Assembly (NCBI GenBank): GCA_965209155.1
Contig: OZ242383.1
Location: forward strand, 192,001 to 256,000
DNA length: 64,000 nucleotides
Origin: a bacterium
Lineage (GTDB): Bacteria; SAR324; NAC60-12
Direction: 5' to 3'
The translations under genes and the position numbers were made by a program. Numbering within the stretch: position 1 is the first letter of the stretch; every line of letters begins with the position of its first letter. Under the pieces are notes generated by a model that was not told the origin of the DNA, did not search any database, and saw nothing but the letters and a program-made list of their open reading frames with translations. Positions 29,824 through 40,890 of this stretch are shown piece by piece.

Positions 29824-31005
29824 TCATTGATTCTGGTAAAATTCCGAGATTTTTTCCACCACGTATTCTTGCATGGCATAAGTCAGTTCCGGGTAAACAG
29901 GTAGTGCCAGCACCTCACGCGCCGCTTTCTCGGATTCGGGGAAATCTCCTCTACGGTATCCCAGCGATTGGAAGCAGCGTTGCTGGTGAAGAGGGAGGGG
30001 GTAGTACACTCGGGTCTCGATGCTATGGCGTGCTAAATATGCTTGCAGGCCATCCCGTTGAGGGACACGAATGACGTACTGATGATAGATATGATAGTTG
30101 ACGAGATTCATGTTTTTGTAGATGGGAGAAGGTAACTGGATTTGTTGCAACTCACTGTTCCGGAATAAAACAGAATATCGCTCTGCATTACGTTGTCGAG
30201 CTCGGTGCCATTGCTCCAAACTAGAAAATTTGACCGAAAGAACCGCAGCTTGAATCGGATCCATGCGGAAGTTTCCGCCAACCGAATTATGATGGTATCG
30301 GGAACTTTCGCCATGGACGCGCATCTGTTTGAGATGCAATGCCAATTGCTCATCATTAGTCACAACCATCCCTGCATCTCCGACTGCTCCCAGATTTTTA
30401 CTGGGGAAAAACGAGAAACATCCTATCCGTCCCATAACGCCCGCCCGTTTGACTTCTCCGGAAAGGACATATTCCGCCCCAATGGCTTGACCCGCGTCTT
30501 CGATAACTGGAATGTGATAGTGATTTGCCACCGAAAGGATCGGCTCCATATCCGCGCATTGACCATACAAATGCACTGGTATAATGGCTTTGACCGAGTT
30601 TCGTTCGCTCTCCGTCATCCGCTCGAGCAAAAGTTCCAGTTTGCCGGGATCCATATTAAAGGAATCAGGAGATATATCGACAAAAAGGGGAATGGCGTTA
30701 ACCCGGCTAATGACGCCGGCCGTGGCAAAAAAAGAAAAGTCACTGGTGATCACTTTTTCTCCTGGTCCGACATTCAAAACCATCAGGGACAGTAAGAGAG
30801 CGTCTGTTCCGGAAGAGACACCCACTCCGTGGGATGCGCCGGTGTAATTTGCAATGGCTTTTTCAAATGCTTCTATTTCAGGTCCCATAATGAATTGGGT
30901 GGAATCTATCACATCGGTGATGGCGGTGAGGATTTCTGACCTCAAACCAGACAATTGTTCTTTTAGATCCAGTATTGGAACTGCGCTGATTTTTTGATTT
31001 GCCAT
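29824..31005 (-). CDS. DegT/DnrJ/EryC1/StrS PLP aminotransferase
   Basis: IIPVHLYGQ, IEDAGQAIG, FSFFPSKNLG. Confidence 0.95.
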   Translation of the reverse strand: MANQKISAVPILDLKEQLSGLRSEILTAITDVIDSTQFIMGPEIEAFEKAIANYTGASHGVGVSSGTDALLLSLMVLNVGPGEKVITSDFSFFATAGVISRVNAIPLFVDISPDSFNMDPGKLELLLERMTESERNSVKAIIPVHLYGQCADMEPILSVANHYHIPVIEDAGQAIGAEYVLSGEVKRAGVMGRIGCFSFFPSKNLGAVGDAGMVVTNDEQLALHLKQMRVHGESSRYHHNSVGGNFRMDPIQAAVLSVKFSSLEQWHRARQRNAERYSVLFRNSELQQIQLPSPIYKNMNLVNYHIYHQYVIRVPQRDGLQAYLARHSIETRVYYPLPLHQQRCFQSLGYRRGDFPESEKAAREVLALPVYPELTYAMQEYVVEKISEFYQNQ

Positions 31006-31068
31006 ACTGCTATTCTATTTACGTGATAACACTTCGTTTAGAAACATGGGATTCCGGTCTGCTGAATT

Positions 31069-31779
31069 TTATAAAAAAATCCAGATATCATATAAAGCGT
31101 GAGTGTAAGCGGCCACCGCAAATCCTCTCAAGAAATAAACAATCGTAAACAACAAGCCTGCCACCCAACGGAATGAAAAGCTGTAAAAGTCAAAAGGGTC
31201 AGACATGCTTCCCACATAATGACTGAGGGAAAATAGAAATGAAGCCATTAAAATAGCTATTGATGCACTCAAAAGAGCATTCTTCAAAATGGGTTTCAGT
31301 CCAAAAAAAAGGGCATTGAGTAGGATCACTCGAAAAACAAACTCTTCAAACAAACCCGCACCCAGTGAGAGCGCAACGTTTTGTAGAAATCCTCCGCTCA
31401 TTGGAACTGCCAGAAAAAATGGACGCAAAATCAAGTTGATCACCGTACCCAAACACAAACTGTAAACAATGGATTCTGCAAACATATATGCGAAATACCG
31501 CTTTTTCAAAGGAGCGTATTTACGATGAACAAACGGAATCAATACGACCAATATGAGAATCATGGCAATAGTGGCTTGTTGGGAGGAAAGACTGAATGTG
31601 GTCAGTATTTCCCGAAGCCAAATATCTGCCGCGTTACGAATCTGCCAGTGTGGATGACGGGTGATCGCTAAAAGAATTTCATATGCGATCAACAGCGGAA
31701 GTGTAGCCACTACAGAATAATAGGGATTATTGGATTCCCGAAAATAACCCTGAATTTTTTTTGATTCATCCATTTTCAA
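31069..31779 (-). CDS. CPBP (CAAX/Abi) intramembrane metalloprotease
   Basis: EEFVFR, FSLSH, HALYD. Confidence 0.88.
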   Translation of the reverse strand: MKMDESKKIQGYFRESNNPYYSVVATLPLLIAYEILLAITRHPHWQIRNAADIWLREILTTFSLSSQQATIAMILILVVLIPFVHRKYAPLKKRYFAYMFAESIVYSLCLGTVINLILRPFFLAVPMSGGFLQNVALSLGAGLFEEFVFRVILLNALFFGLKPILKNALLSASIAILMASFLFSLSHYVGSMSDPFDFYSFSFRWVAGLLFTIVYFLRGFAVAAYTHALYDIWIFL

Positions 31780-31806
31780 TTATTGAAAAACTCACTCGAA
31801 TTACAC

Positions 31807-31990
31807 TCAATCTTGAAACTCCCCACTCAATGCATCAAGGATTTGGTCTGGTTGTTCCTGCATCATCATATGCCTACAATTCTTTATGATGACCATTTTG
31901 CTCCTCGATCGCATCGGCAACTGATATTCCTCGTTTTGTGGGAGTCATTCGGTCATTGTCCCCTGCGATGACCAGGGTTCTGCATTTTAC
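31807..31990 (-). pseudogene. C-terminal remnant of an alpha/beta hydrolase
   Basis: VKCRTLVIAGDNDRMTP, then (frameshift) VIIKNCRHMMMQEQPDQILDAL. Confidence 0.6.
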
Positions 31991-31997
31991 TTTCTTT

Positions 31998-33809
31998 TCA
32001 ATTCTTCGATTTCCCCTTCTGAAACGCTAAGATATAATGCTGGCGCAGTTTTTCCTGGAGACCGGAACTGCGATTCAAGCGTTTCCGAACAGCTTTTTTG
32101 AATATCGACTCCTCTGTCCATAAAGTGACCGAAACCCTGGCACGAGTGATTCCCGTATATAACAGTTCGCCAGTGAGGATTTCGTTTTCAGAATCCGGCA
32201 GTATTAACAGGATATTTTCGAATTCTGATCCCTGACTTTTATGCACGGTCATGGCAAATACCGTTTCGTGCTGCGGCAAGCGAGCGGGAGCAACAGCAAG
32301 GTATCCATGACTCGATCCTTTCTTTTCTCTTTCAAAATAAACCAAACGCTGATTTTGACCAGGGTCTTGCCAAACAATTCCGATGTCTCCATTATATAAT
32401 TGCAAATCGTAGTCATTGCGTAAAATCATCAAAGGGCGTCCCAGATACCAGTGACTGTCTTCCTCGATAGAGCCATCTTCTCTCAGAATCGTTTCCAGCA
32501 GGCGATTGAGCGACCGGGATCCGTAAAGCCCTCTTTGCATGGGTGAGAGAACCATGAAGGTACGAAAAAAGGCAAACATGGTTTCCAGGGTTTTTGTCTG
32601 TAAAGAAGAAAAGTAAGCCTTGTAAGCAGGAAGGACCGTATATTTGAGGTGTTCGCGGAGTAAAGAAGGTGCTGGCAGAGGACGACGCTTCAGCCCCTGT
32701 TCGTCTTGCCGGAGAAGCTTCCAGGCCGCATTCTCGTCTATCCGATTGATCTCCTTGCTGAGCAGCCCAATCCCCTTTTGATCGTCAAAACGATGGCTTT
32801 TCCGCAAATACGCGATACTCTCCCGAAGCATTTGCGGCTTTCCGGCAAATTCCTCACAAAGGTCTGCCAGAACCGATCCCGCTTCGACGGAAGTCAACTG
32901 GTTTTTGTCTCCAAGTAAGATCAATCGTGCTTCAAGAGGTAGCGCATTTACCAGCTTGCTCATCAATGCCAGATCCATCATGGAAGCTTCATCCGCTATC
33001 AAGCATTCCAGTGGAAGGGGATGTAAGTGGTCATGATGAAAATAGACTGAATTTTTACGAGGTCCCAGCAAGCGATGGATCGTGGTGGCTTCTGAAGGGA
33101 GCAATGCGCTCTCTTCCCTGTTCAGCAAACCAGCACCTGCCAACTCATCTATTCCTCTCAAAACAGATTTTTTCAGGCGTGTTGCCGCCTTGCCGGTCGG
33201 AGCAACCATGGCAATCCTCATATTCGCGTCTTGTTGGATCAGCAGGGCCAGGATTTTTATTACGGTGGTAGTTTTCCCGGTTCCCGGTCCTCCGGATATG
33301 ATACAAAATCGTTGTCGAAGCGCTACTTCCGCTGCATTGCGCTGTAAGTTCTCCTCAGCATCAGAAAGAGGAAAAAGTTGCATCAATCCTGCTTGCAACA
33401 AAGATTCATCCAACAAGGGCGGTTTCTGAATACGGTGCAACAGTTGAGAAGCGAGCCGGTCTTCGTATTGCCAGTAACGATTCAAATAGAGGAGACTTCT
33501 ACTGCCTATCTCCTCCAGAATCAAAGGCGTCGCTGAACCCGGGGAGCCAACCACAATCGTTTTTTGCAGAATCCGCGTCCACTGGTATCGGGAGGGAATT
33601 TGAAAATCTTGAAATGCTTCGTCTTTGTTTACCATTATATGCTGCAAATCCAGACAAACATGACCCTGGGAAGCTTGCCGGCAGAGAAGGCCACTGGCCA
33701 CGTAGAGTTCCAGAGAATCCTGCCCGGCAAGTTGAAGCATTTTCTGGGCAAAGTGGTGCTCAAGGGCATCGAAGTGCATTAACCCGGATACTTGAGCGAT
33801 ATCTTTCAT
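31998..33809 (-). CDS. recD: Exodeoxyribonuclease V alpha subunit
   Basis: GGPGTGKT, APTGKAA, TIHRLLG, DEASM, AMTVHKSQGSEF. Confidence 0.96.
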   Translation of the reverse strand: MKDIAQVSGLMHFDALEHHFAQKMLQLAGQDSLELYVASGLLCRQASQGHVCLDLQHIMVNKDEAFQDFQIPSRYQWTRILQKTIVVGSPGSATPLILEEIGSRSLLYLNRYWQYEDRLASQLLHRIQKPPLLDESLLQAGLMQLFPLSDAEENLQRNAAEVALRQRFCIISGGPGTGKTTTVIKILALLIQQDANMRIAMVAPTGKAATRLKKSVLRGIDELAGAGLLNREESALLPSEATTIHRLLGPRKNSVYFHHDHLHPLPLECLIADEASMMDLALMSKLVNALPLEARLILLGDKNQLTSVEAGSVLADLCEEFAGKPQMLRESIAYLRKSHRFDDQKGIGLLSKEINRIDENAAWKLLRQDEQGLKRRPLPAPSLLREHLKYTVLPAYKAYFSSLQTKTLETMFAFFRTFMVLSPMQRGLYGSRSLNRLLETILREDGSIEEDSHWYLGRPLMILRNDYDLQLYNGDIGIVWQDPGQNQRLVYFEREKKGSSHGYLAVAPARLPQHETVFAMTVHKSQGSEFENILLILPDSENEILTGELLYTGITRARVSVTLWTEESIFKKAVRKRLNRSSGLQEKLRQHYILAFQKGKSKN

Positions 33810-33838
33810 CGTCTTGCTCTTTATTGAAAATTAAATTT

Positions 33839-36800
33839 CTACTCACCTTGAAATACGGCATCCAATTTTTCAATCACATCCGCCGAATCCGACAAAGAGT
33901 CATAGTAAATACCATAAAAGTCGTCGGCGTTGGATTGGATGCCTCGCAAAAAGAAATAGTAAACGCCACCGAAATGGTGAGCGAATCGATAGTCGGGCAA
34001 ACGATGTTTTAAGTATCGATGAAGGGCAACGGCGTAAATATAGTATTGTAAAACGTAGAAGTGCTTTTCCACCTCAATTTTCAGTAAATGCGGGGCATAA
34101 TCTTCTCGCTGATAACCCAGACGATTCGATTTCCAATCCAGAATATAGTAGCGTCCGTCGTAACTGAAGACCACATCCAGAAACCCTCTCATGAATCCCG
34201 GTAACGTGTTGAAATTCAATTGATGCAATGAACGGAGCAGCACCATTTGGCTTTCCGTTTGCTGGCATTCAGCAAGCAAGCTTATCAGACGATCTGCATC
34301 AAGAGACTCGATTGGGAAAAAAAAGGGCATTTCTTTAACGACGGATTGTTTACTGAGATCCGCCAGTACGAACGATGACTTAAATTTTGAGTTGCTTTGG
34401 TGACGGCTCTCTCCAGTCTGAAAAAGTGGAATTTTTTTATGAAACGTATCACGTGTCATTTGAAAAACAACGTCCATCCAATGTGAATTAAATCGATACT
34501 TCGCCAACTTTTCCTCGACTTTCTCCATAATTTTTTTCTCATCCTGCTCCTGAAAATCAAGTTGTTCAAAAAGTTCATGAAAACATTGCCCCGTGCCGGT
34601 CCCTGCTGGAAAATGCATTAAGCTCGAACCAGAGGATTCTTCCTTCAATGATTCATCTTCAAACAGCGACTCACCTGTTTCGATGATCGACATCTCCCCC
34701 TGATCATGGTCTTGTCCTGTCTCGAGTATACCGGAAGACGGATTTCGCAAGCGGGTGGAAAGGGCACTGAAACTGGTGACTTGCCATTGCCGCCTCAAAG
34801 ACTGTTGGAACGTTTCAAATTGCAACTCTCGGTTGTTGAATTCCATTGACTGAAAGTTTACCGCATTAACAGCGGAACTATCCCGTTCCGGAAGATGCGT
34901 CACTGCCACGGTACCACGCGAATCGTTTTCCAGTTTTTTCAATGAATCCCAAGCATTTCCACCTCCGAAAAGATGAGTTAAAGGGGAGTGTTTGGAATGA
35001 TTGATGTGGCCCCAGGCAAGATAGCAACAATACTTGGCCCGTGTCAACGCGACGTAGAACAGTCGCATATCTTCGGCTAAAGATTCCTCCAGACATTTTT
35101 TTTGGTGAATCTCTTTCTTTTCTAAATCCCAGAACAAATGACCTGATTCATCATGAAAAAAAATATCATTCGTCCTCCGTGTTCCCCAGGAAAACGGACA
35201 AAAGACGATAGGAAACTCCAACCCTTTACACGAATGGATAGTCAGAATTTTTAAGGCATCCTCATCGGTTTCCAGGCGGATCAGGTATTCTTCACGAGAT
35301 TCGGGAGTACCTCGCTCCATCTCATGAGCCCATTTCAACAGGCTCCTCATTCCACATTGGCCCTCACTTTCTGCCTGGTGCAACAATTCGATGACATGCA
35401 AGACGTTGGTCAACCTGCGTTCTCCATCGGGTAGAGCCAAAAGATTTTTATGAACTTCTTCTTTGTTGAGAAAGGCTCTCATCATCGGAAAAAATCCTTT
35501 GCTTTTCCATTGTTGATGATAGTCTGCCATCTGGCTTGCTATGCGATCCCAGAGTTTTTCCTCCCATGGCAGGGTTGGATCATTCGAACTGGAATCTTCG
35601 ACAAAAATGCGAGAAATTCTACTGCCAGAATATCCCATGATATCGGTGAGCAATGCTCCTTTCACGAGGGCGGGGTTATGGAATTCGGCGATAGCATGGG
35701 CGATCGTCAAGATTTCCCGATATTCGTCCGTTTGAAAAATACTGACCTGGGTTTTCAGGATACTGGAAATATTTTTTTGAGAAAGGGCATCCCTCATTTG
35801 TTCAGCCTCGCGATGAGTGCGTACCAAAACTGCAATGTCTGCCAGTTTAAGTGATTGAGACTGTTGTTTTGTCCGCAACATTGCTTCAGAAATTTCCCTC
35901 TCCTGGAAAGAGAGATTAGCGCTGAGATGTCGCGGGAAGGAGGTACGTATTATTTTGCCCGAGTCCAGTAAATGAATGATTTCTGCAACCGTCGCATCAA
36001 TGATCCGCTGTCGGGCTTCTGAAACTTTCACAGGCTTTTCCGCCTGAAGATACCAGATCTGCATGGGAATGACCGGTTCCCACTCGATATACAAAGAACG
36101 ATTCTCACTTTGTGATGCGCCTCGAGAGGCGAACCAAGGAATCGATTCATGGACGAATGGATGCTTCACAACCGAAAAAAGATGACCAATGGCCTCCACC
36201 AACCTGGGATCCGATCGCCAATTGACCGACAGGGTGAATTGCTGTCGCACTTCTTTTTTTGCTAGCAGGTAAGCATAGACGTCCGCACCACGAAAGCTAT
36301 AAATTGATTGCTTTGGATCGCCGATTAAAAAGAGATTTCCTTGCTTGAATAGAATGGAGAAAATTTCGTATTGAATGGGATCGGTGTCCTGAAATTCATC
36401 AATTAAAGCGACTGAGATTCGCCGGCGCACAAGTTGGGCAAGTGCCTGGCCGTTTTTTCTTTGCAGGGCCGAGTGGAAATCCTGCAATAAATCATCGAAA
36501 GAATAGACGTTCAAGACCCGCTTTTTTTCTTTCAAACGGGTTTTAGCCCATTGGAAATAATCCATCAAAATTGCGGATCTCAAGGAATTTTTTAAACGAT
36601 TAAAATTGTCACACTGTTCAAAAAATTCAGGGAGAGGAGTGTTCCCTGTGAATTTTTGTCGAATCTCACTGGATGTCAGCTTTGCAAGTCCAGCACAGGA
36701 GGTGAATGGGTCGTTGTCCTCAAAATACTGCCGGACCTGTTTGAAATATTTTGCTTGGAAGTCTCTACGCCAGATTTTATTTTCCAAGGTCCAACGGATA

Positions 36801-37507
36801 AGGAAATCCTCCTGGCGGTTCCAGGAAGATTGCAGGTATTGAAAAAGACGATTGACGTGCTCGAACACGGAAAACGGCCGTTGCTCGATATGTGGAAGAA
36901 ACTGCAGTCGGGAACGGGAAATGATTTTGTTGAATTCCTTGCTCAAATCTCCAGGTTCTTCAAAAAGTTCGAGGAACTCCCGACTGAAGTCAGGGCAGGT
37001 GGAATAAACCTGACCCCGCCAATAATCCTGGGCTGATTCTGCAATCAATGCTTCTTGACTGCTGAACACTTTCGCATCAAAAGAAGAGTTTGTTTCCAAG
37101 GCGAAGTCAGACAACATCTTATGACAGAAACCATGAATGGTTAGAATGGGAGCTTCGTCAAACGAGAACAGAGCTTGCTGTAGTCTGCACATCGCAGAAA
37201 TTCGTGATTTTCCTGAGTGACCTGATAGCTGCTTCAAAAAATATCGAAAGAAAGGTTCATCCGTATTTCCGGTTTGCAGTACAGAAAGCAATCGTTGGAT
37301 GGAGTCGGTGATACGAACCTTCAATTCCGCAGTGGCAGCTTCCGTGAAGGTCACCACCAGGATTTTTTCCACCGGAATAAATTTTTCAATCAAAAGGCGG
37401 AGATAGATACCAACAATTGCATAGGTCTTTCCCGTACCGGCACTGGCTTCAATCAGATTCAAACCTTGTAAGGGACAAGTTGTCAAATCCAATTCTTTCT
37501 CTGTCAT
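33839..37507 (-). CDS. recB: Exodeoxyribonuclease V beta subunit
   Basis: EASAGTGKT, DEFQDTD, GDPKQSIYSFRGAD, YVALTRA; nuclease GFLD...LDWKSN. Confidence 0.96.
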   Translation of the reverse strand: MTEKELDLTTCPLQGLNLIEASAGTGKTYAIVGIYLRLLIEKFIPVEKILVVTFTEAATAELKVRITDSIQRLLSVLQTGNTDEPFFRYFLKQLSGHSGKSRISAMCRLQQALFSFDEAPILTIHGFCHKMLSDFALETNSSFDAKVFSSQEALIAESAQDYWRGQVYSTCPDFSREFLELFEEPGDLSKEFNKIISRSRLQFLPHIEQRPFSVFEHVNRLFQYLQSSWNRQEDFLIRWTLENKIWRRDFQAKYFKQVRQYFEDNDPFTSCAGLAKLTSSEIRQKFTGNTPLPEFFEQCDNFNRLKNSLRSAILMDYFQWAKTRLKEKKRVLNVYSFDDLLQDFHSALQRKNGQALAQLVRRRISVALIDEFQDTDPIQYEIFSILFKQGNLFLIGDPKQSIYSFRGADVYAYLLAKKEVRQQFTLSVNWRSDPRLVEAIGHLFSVVKHPFVHESIPWFASRGASQSENRSLYIEWEPVIPMQIWYLQAEKPVKVSEARQRIIDATVAEIIHLLDSGKIIRTSFPRHLSANLSFQEREISEAMLRTKQQSQSLKLADIAVLVRTHREAEQMRDALSQKNISSILKTQVSIFQTDEYREILTIAHAIAEFHNPALVKGALLTDIMGYSGSRISRIFVEDSSSNDPTLPWEEKLWDRIASQMADYHQQWKSKGFFPMMRAFLNKEEVHKNLLALPDGERRLTNVLHVIELLHQAESEGQCGMRSLLKWAHEMERGTPESREEYLIRLETDEDALKILTIHSCKGLEFPIVFCPFSWGTRRTNDIFFHDESGHLFWDLEKKEIHQKKCLEESLAEDMRLFYVALTRAKYCCYLAWGHINHSKHSPLTHLFGGGNAWDSLKKLENDSRGTVAVTHLPERDSSAVNAVNFQSMEFNNRELQFETFQQSLRRQWQVTSFSALSTRLRNPSSGILETGQDHDQGEMSIIETGESLFEDESLKEESSGSSLMHFPAGTGTGQCFHELFEQLDFQEQDEKKIMEKVEEKLAKYRFNSHWMDVVFQMTRDTFHKKIPLFQTGESRHQSNSKFKSSFVLADLSKQSVVKEMPFFFPIESLDADRLISLLAECQQTESQMVLLRSLHQLNFNTLPGFMRGFLDVVFSYDGRYYILDWKSNRLGYQREDYAPHLLKIEVEKHFYVLQYYIYAVALHRYLKHRLPDYRFAHHFGGVYYFFLRGIQSNADDFYGIYYDSLSDSADVIEKLDAVFQGE

Positions 37508-37558
37508 TCTTTCCCCTGGTTTGTAAAATGGATCAGGTGGAATTCCTCTCACAATAAT

Positions 37559-40500
37559 TCAGTCGATCGGGTGGGAACCCTCTTTTTGGTGAGAAAAAAC
37601 CGGATGCAGGATCTTCACGGTATTGCACTCAAAATCAGTTTCAGCAATCAAATCCAGGTGGGAGAAACATCGTTTGAAATAAAGATTGCTCGCCATTTCA
37701 CCAGGGAAGGGATCCTGGCCATACCATTTTTTACGAGCATTTTCCCGTGCCATTTCTCTGTTTCCCTGGATCCATGCTTTCATATACTCTCGCGCGCTTT
37801 CCGGGAAAAAAGCGTAGGGTCGTTGCCGTCCCTCTTTGTAGCATTTCAGTAAATCTTCCAGGTATCGTTTGGGAGCATCGATTTTCAAACTGGTGAAAAT
37901 TTCCGGTAATTTGTTCTTGTCGGCATTTTTTCCCATCAACACGGCGTTCGAACACTGTGCGGAACAATGCTGCAATATCAGTTGTTCCAGCCAAATCCTC
38001 AGACGGTCTTTTATTTTGATACGGGCAGGGCGAAAACGGATCAGCCCCTCCGGATAAATGTTCTCGATAGTCCCCTTTAAATGAATTCCGAGTAGTTGAA
38101 AATCATAGACGAAAGGTTCCAGGGGTTCGGCTCGCAAAAATTCATGTAAAGGCCGAACCAATTGCCAGGTTTCTTCTTCCATCTTTTGCCAACTTCGTTC
38201 TCCGGCATGACTGAGCGGAAGTTCTCCCTGAGCATGTATAATGCTTCGCAGATCATTGGTATTCCGGTTGCTCAATAACGTCTCCAGTTGCTGGCTTTGA
38301 ACGGCATATTTGCGGAGTGGATCCATTGCAAAAGGTTCGCATTCCTCAGAAAATTCCTCTTTCCCTTCCAAGTCGCAGCCCAGCCTTCGTTTAAGGAGAT
38401 ATTGCGCAGGCGCATTGAAAAAACTCAACAGTTCTTCCAGGTTGGTCTCCATGCAGGAAGTTTCGATTTCCGGCAGTTGAATGTCAAAGTCAATCCGCTT
38501 TTTTCGCCAGTCCGTGCCGGTATTACCCGGGACCAGTTGACTGGCAGCTTTCCAGTTGAGTTGAGAATAACTGAACAAGTCTTGACCTGCTTGAAAATTT
38601 CGAGGTGCAAAAGCTTGCAAAGAATGGTTGGTTAGAAATCGATTTTCAGACAATCCGTAATCTTGTTTCAGATAATGTATCAATTCACGAACAAGAGAAG
38701 AAGGAGGCAGAACTGCGTTGTCCCTTACTGCAAAGCCGAGATAGCTGATATAGAACACTTTTTGACAACAAAGCAGGGTTTCCAGAAACAAATATCCGTC
38801 TTCTTCCTTCATGCGATGGTCACCCAGAAGTCTGTTGTCGGCCATCAAGTCAAAGCTCAAAGGTGAATTCGCTCGTGGAAAGGCTTTGTCATTCATTCCC
38901 AACAATGCAATGACTTTGAAGGGAATACTGCGCATTGGCTGTAGTGAACAAAAGGTCGTGCCGTATCCGAGAAATCCTTTACTATTCAAGTCCCGCTCCA
39001 GCTCTGTTTCCAGTTGATTCGTGAGAATCTCGACTCCAACTTTTATGGACACTTCACATAATTCCGTAGTTTTCCTTAAATTTTCAGTAAATTTCTCTAA
39101 GAATCGCCATTCTTCTTCCCAAGGTTCTCCATCTGTAAAAAAATCTTCAAGGAGATTTTGGAGAAATTCCGCCCATTGTGGTAGAGTCCGTTTTTGCGAC
39201 AATGCCCCTTCGTCATCCCCCACCAGCATTTGCAGTTTTGAAAAAAATTCCAGGAATCGAGCAAACATCGAGGCAGACTCACCTTCAATGTCAGCAAAGG
39301 GAAGAATTCCGGCAAACAGAGTTTCGCCATCCCCGGGCATTGCATAGCCGAGCAAGATACGATCGATGCCAAATTGCCAGGTGTTTTCGTAGGTAGCTGG
39401 CGTTTCGAGTTGATTGCGAAAAGACGCATTTATTCCCCAACGCACATTGACTTGATTCAACCAATGGCGTAACAAAGCAATATCACTGAGAACCAGTTTA
39501 AAGCGTGCCCGGATCGCTTCGGACTCCAACAGGTCCAAAACTTCGTTCACGGTAAAACGACTTGCAGGCAGGCGTAGCAGTTGCAGAAGATATGAAATGA
39601 CTTGACTCGACTGTTCCAATCCCTGGTCTGCAATGGAATAAGGAAAAGATGCTTCGTCAGATCGTTGTCCATTCACTGCTGATGAAAACACCGCATGAAT
39701 GAAGGGTACGTATTCACCTATTTGAGGACTCATCACCAAAATATCATCAGGCGTCAGATCAGGATCTTGATCCAGAAGTCCCAGCAACCGGTCATGCAAC
39801 ACTTCCACTTCACGCATTCGGCTATGACAGGCATGAATTTGAAGCGAACGATCTTCATTGGAAATCGTCCACTTCCTTTCGTTATTTTCTAATTGAACTC
39901 CCGGCTTAAACATATCATTCTTCAACTCGGCCAGTAGTGCATATTCAGTGGGTTCGACAAACAATTTTTTCCCCAAACCAGCATTCCCTTCCAGATTTTT
40001 AAGAATTTTCCTCTCTTGTAAGAGCTGGATAAAATCACAACCGTATTGGCAGAGTTTCGCGAATAAATGGCGTTCATTTTCCATTCCTTCTCTTTCCTTA
40101 ACCGGTTTTTGGAAACGGGTAAAATGAGGACTGGAAATCAGAAAGAAAAAATGAATTTCTACAAAACGCTCCAGCGTTTTCAGAACTTCGACATGAAGCG
40201 GGGTCAGCGAAGAAATTCCGAAGATCGAAAGTCGTTCTGGTAATGCATGGTTTAGTGGACTCAACTGCTCAACCTGCCTGACTATGGATTGCCACAAGTA
40301 GGGTTTGTGTCGAGTGCGAACCGAGTGAGGAATGCTGTTCCATAGCGCTTGCTGCCAGTGGAACATTTCACCCTTCCCCTCGAGGGAGGGCTTCTCCCAT
40401 TGGAGGATCAATTCAGGACGGAAACACAAATATTGGTTGAACAAATAGGCGGTTTGTCCGGCAAGCTGCCACATTAGAAGGGAATTCTTTTCATTCAGAT

Positions 40501-40843
40501 AAGATTCCAATTTTTGGAAAGCCGGATCGTCTTTGCGCATCTGCAGTTTCTCAAATAGTAACCACGCCAAATGGTCAGCTTCCATCATTTTGGAAGCGTC
40601 GTAATCAGCATTCACTTGGGAAAATGCAAGATCGAGCAATTCATTTGGAAATAAATAGCGTGTATTGGCTTCTATATTATTTTTTTTTGCAAGCTGCAGT
40701 GAAATCCATCGCATCATACCTTGATGCTGCACCAGGATGTGTTCAGGTTGCAAAGCATTTTGCATAGGTTGCCTGACAACCTCGGCCAACGCCTCTATCA
40801 ATGCTTGCTGGTCATTGCTCGCATGGAAATGAATTTCTGCCAT
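37559..40843 (-). CDS. recC: Exodeoxyribonuclease V gamma subunit
   Basis: HACHSRMREVEVLHD, PMRSIPFKVIALLGMN; synteny with recB and recD. Confidence 0.95.
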   Translation of the reverse strand: MAEIHFHASNDQQALIEALAEVVRQPMQNALQPEHILVQHQGMMRWISLQLAKKNNIEANTRYLFPNELLDLAFSQVNADYDASKMMEADHLAWLLFEKLQMRKDDPAFQKLESYLNEKNSLLMWQLAGQTAYLFNQYLCFRPELILQWEKPSLEGKGEMFHWQQALWNSIPHSVRTRHKPYLWQSIVRQVEQLSPLNHALPERLSIFGISSLTPLHVEVLKTLERFVEIHFFFLISSPHFTRFQKPVKEREGMENERHLFAKLCQYGCDFIQLLQERKILKNLEGNAGLGKKLFVEPTEYALLAELKNDMFKPGVQLENNERKWTISNEDRSLQIHACHSRMREVEVLHDRLLGLLDQDPDLTPDDILVMSPQIGEYVPFIHAVFSSAVNGQRSDEASFPYSIADQGLEQSSQVISYLLQLLRLPASRFTVNEVLDLLESEAIRARFKLVLSDIALLRHWLNQVNVRWGINASFRNQLETPATYENTWQFGIDRILLGYAMPGDGETLFAGILPFADIEGESASMFARFLEFFSKLQMLVGDDEGALSQKRTLPQWAEFLQNLLEDFFTDGEPWEEEWRFLEKFTENLRKTTELCEVSIKVGVEILTNQLETELERDLNSKGFLGYGTTFCSLQPMRSIPFKVIALLGMNDKAFPRANSPLSFDLMADNRLLGDHRMKEEDGYLFLETLLCCQKVFYISYLGFAVRDNAVLPPSSLVRELIHYLKQDYGLSENRFLTNHSLQAFAPRNFQAGQDLFSYSQLNWKAASQLVPGNTGTDWRKKRIDFDIQLPEIETSCMETNLEELLSFFNAPAQYLLKRRLGCDLEGKEEFSEECEPFAMDPLRKYAVQSQQLETLLSNRNTNDLRSIIHAQGELPLSHAGERSWQKMEEETWQLVRPLHEFLRAEPLEPFVYDFQLLGIHLKGTIENIYPEGLIRFRPARIKIKDRLRIWLEQLILQHCSAQCSNAVLMGKNADKNKLPEIFTSLKIDAPKRYLEDLLKCYKEGRQRPYAFFPESAREYMKAWIQGNREMARENARKKWYGQDPFPGEMASNLYFKRCFSHLDLIAETDFECNTVKILHPVFSHQKEGSHPID

Positions 40844-40890
40844 CAGATTATTTCGGTCTCAAGAAGGGAAGGTAGGGACAATGACTCGAA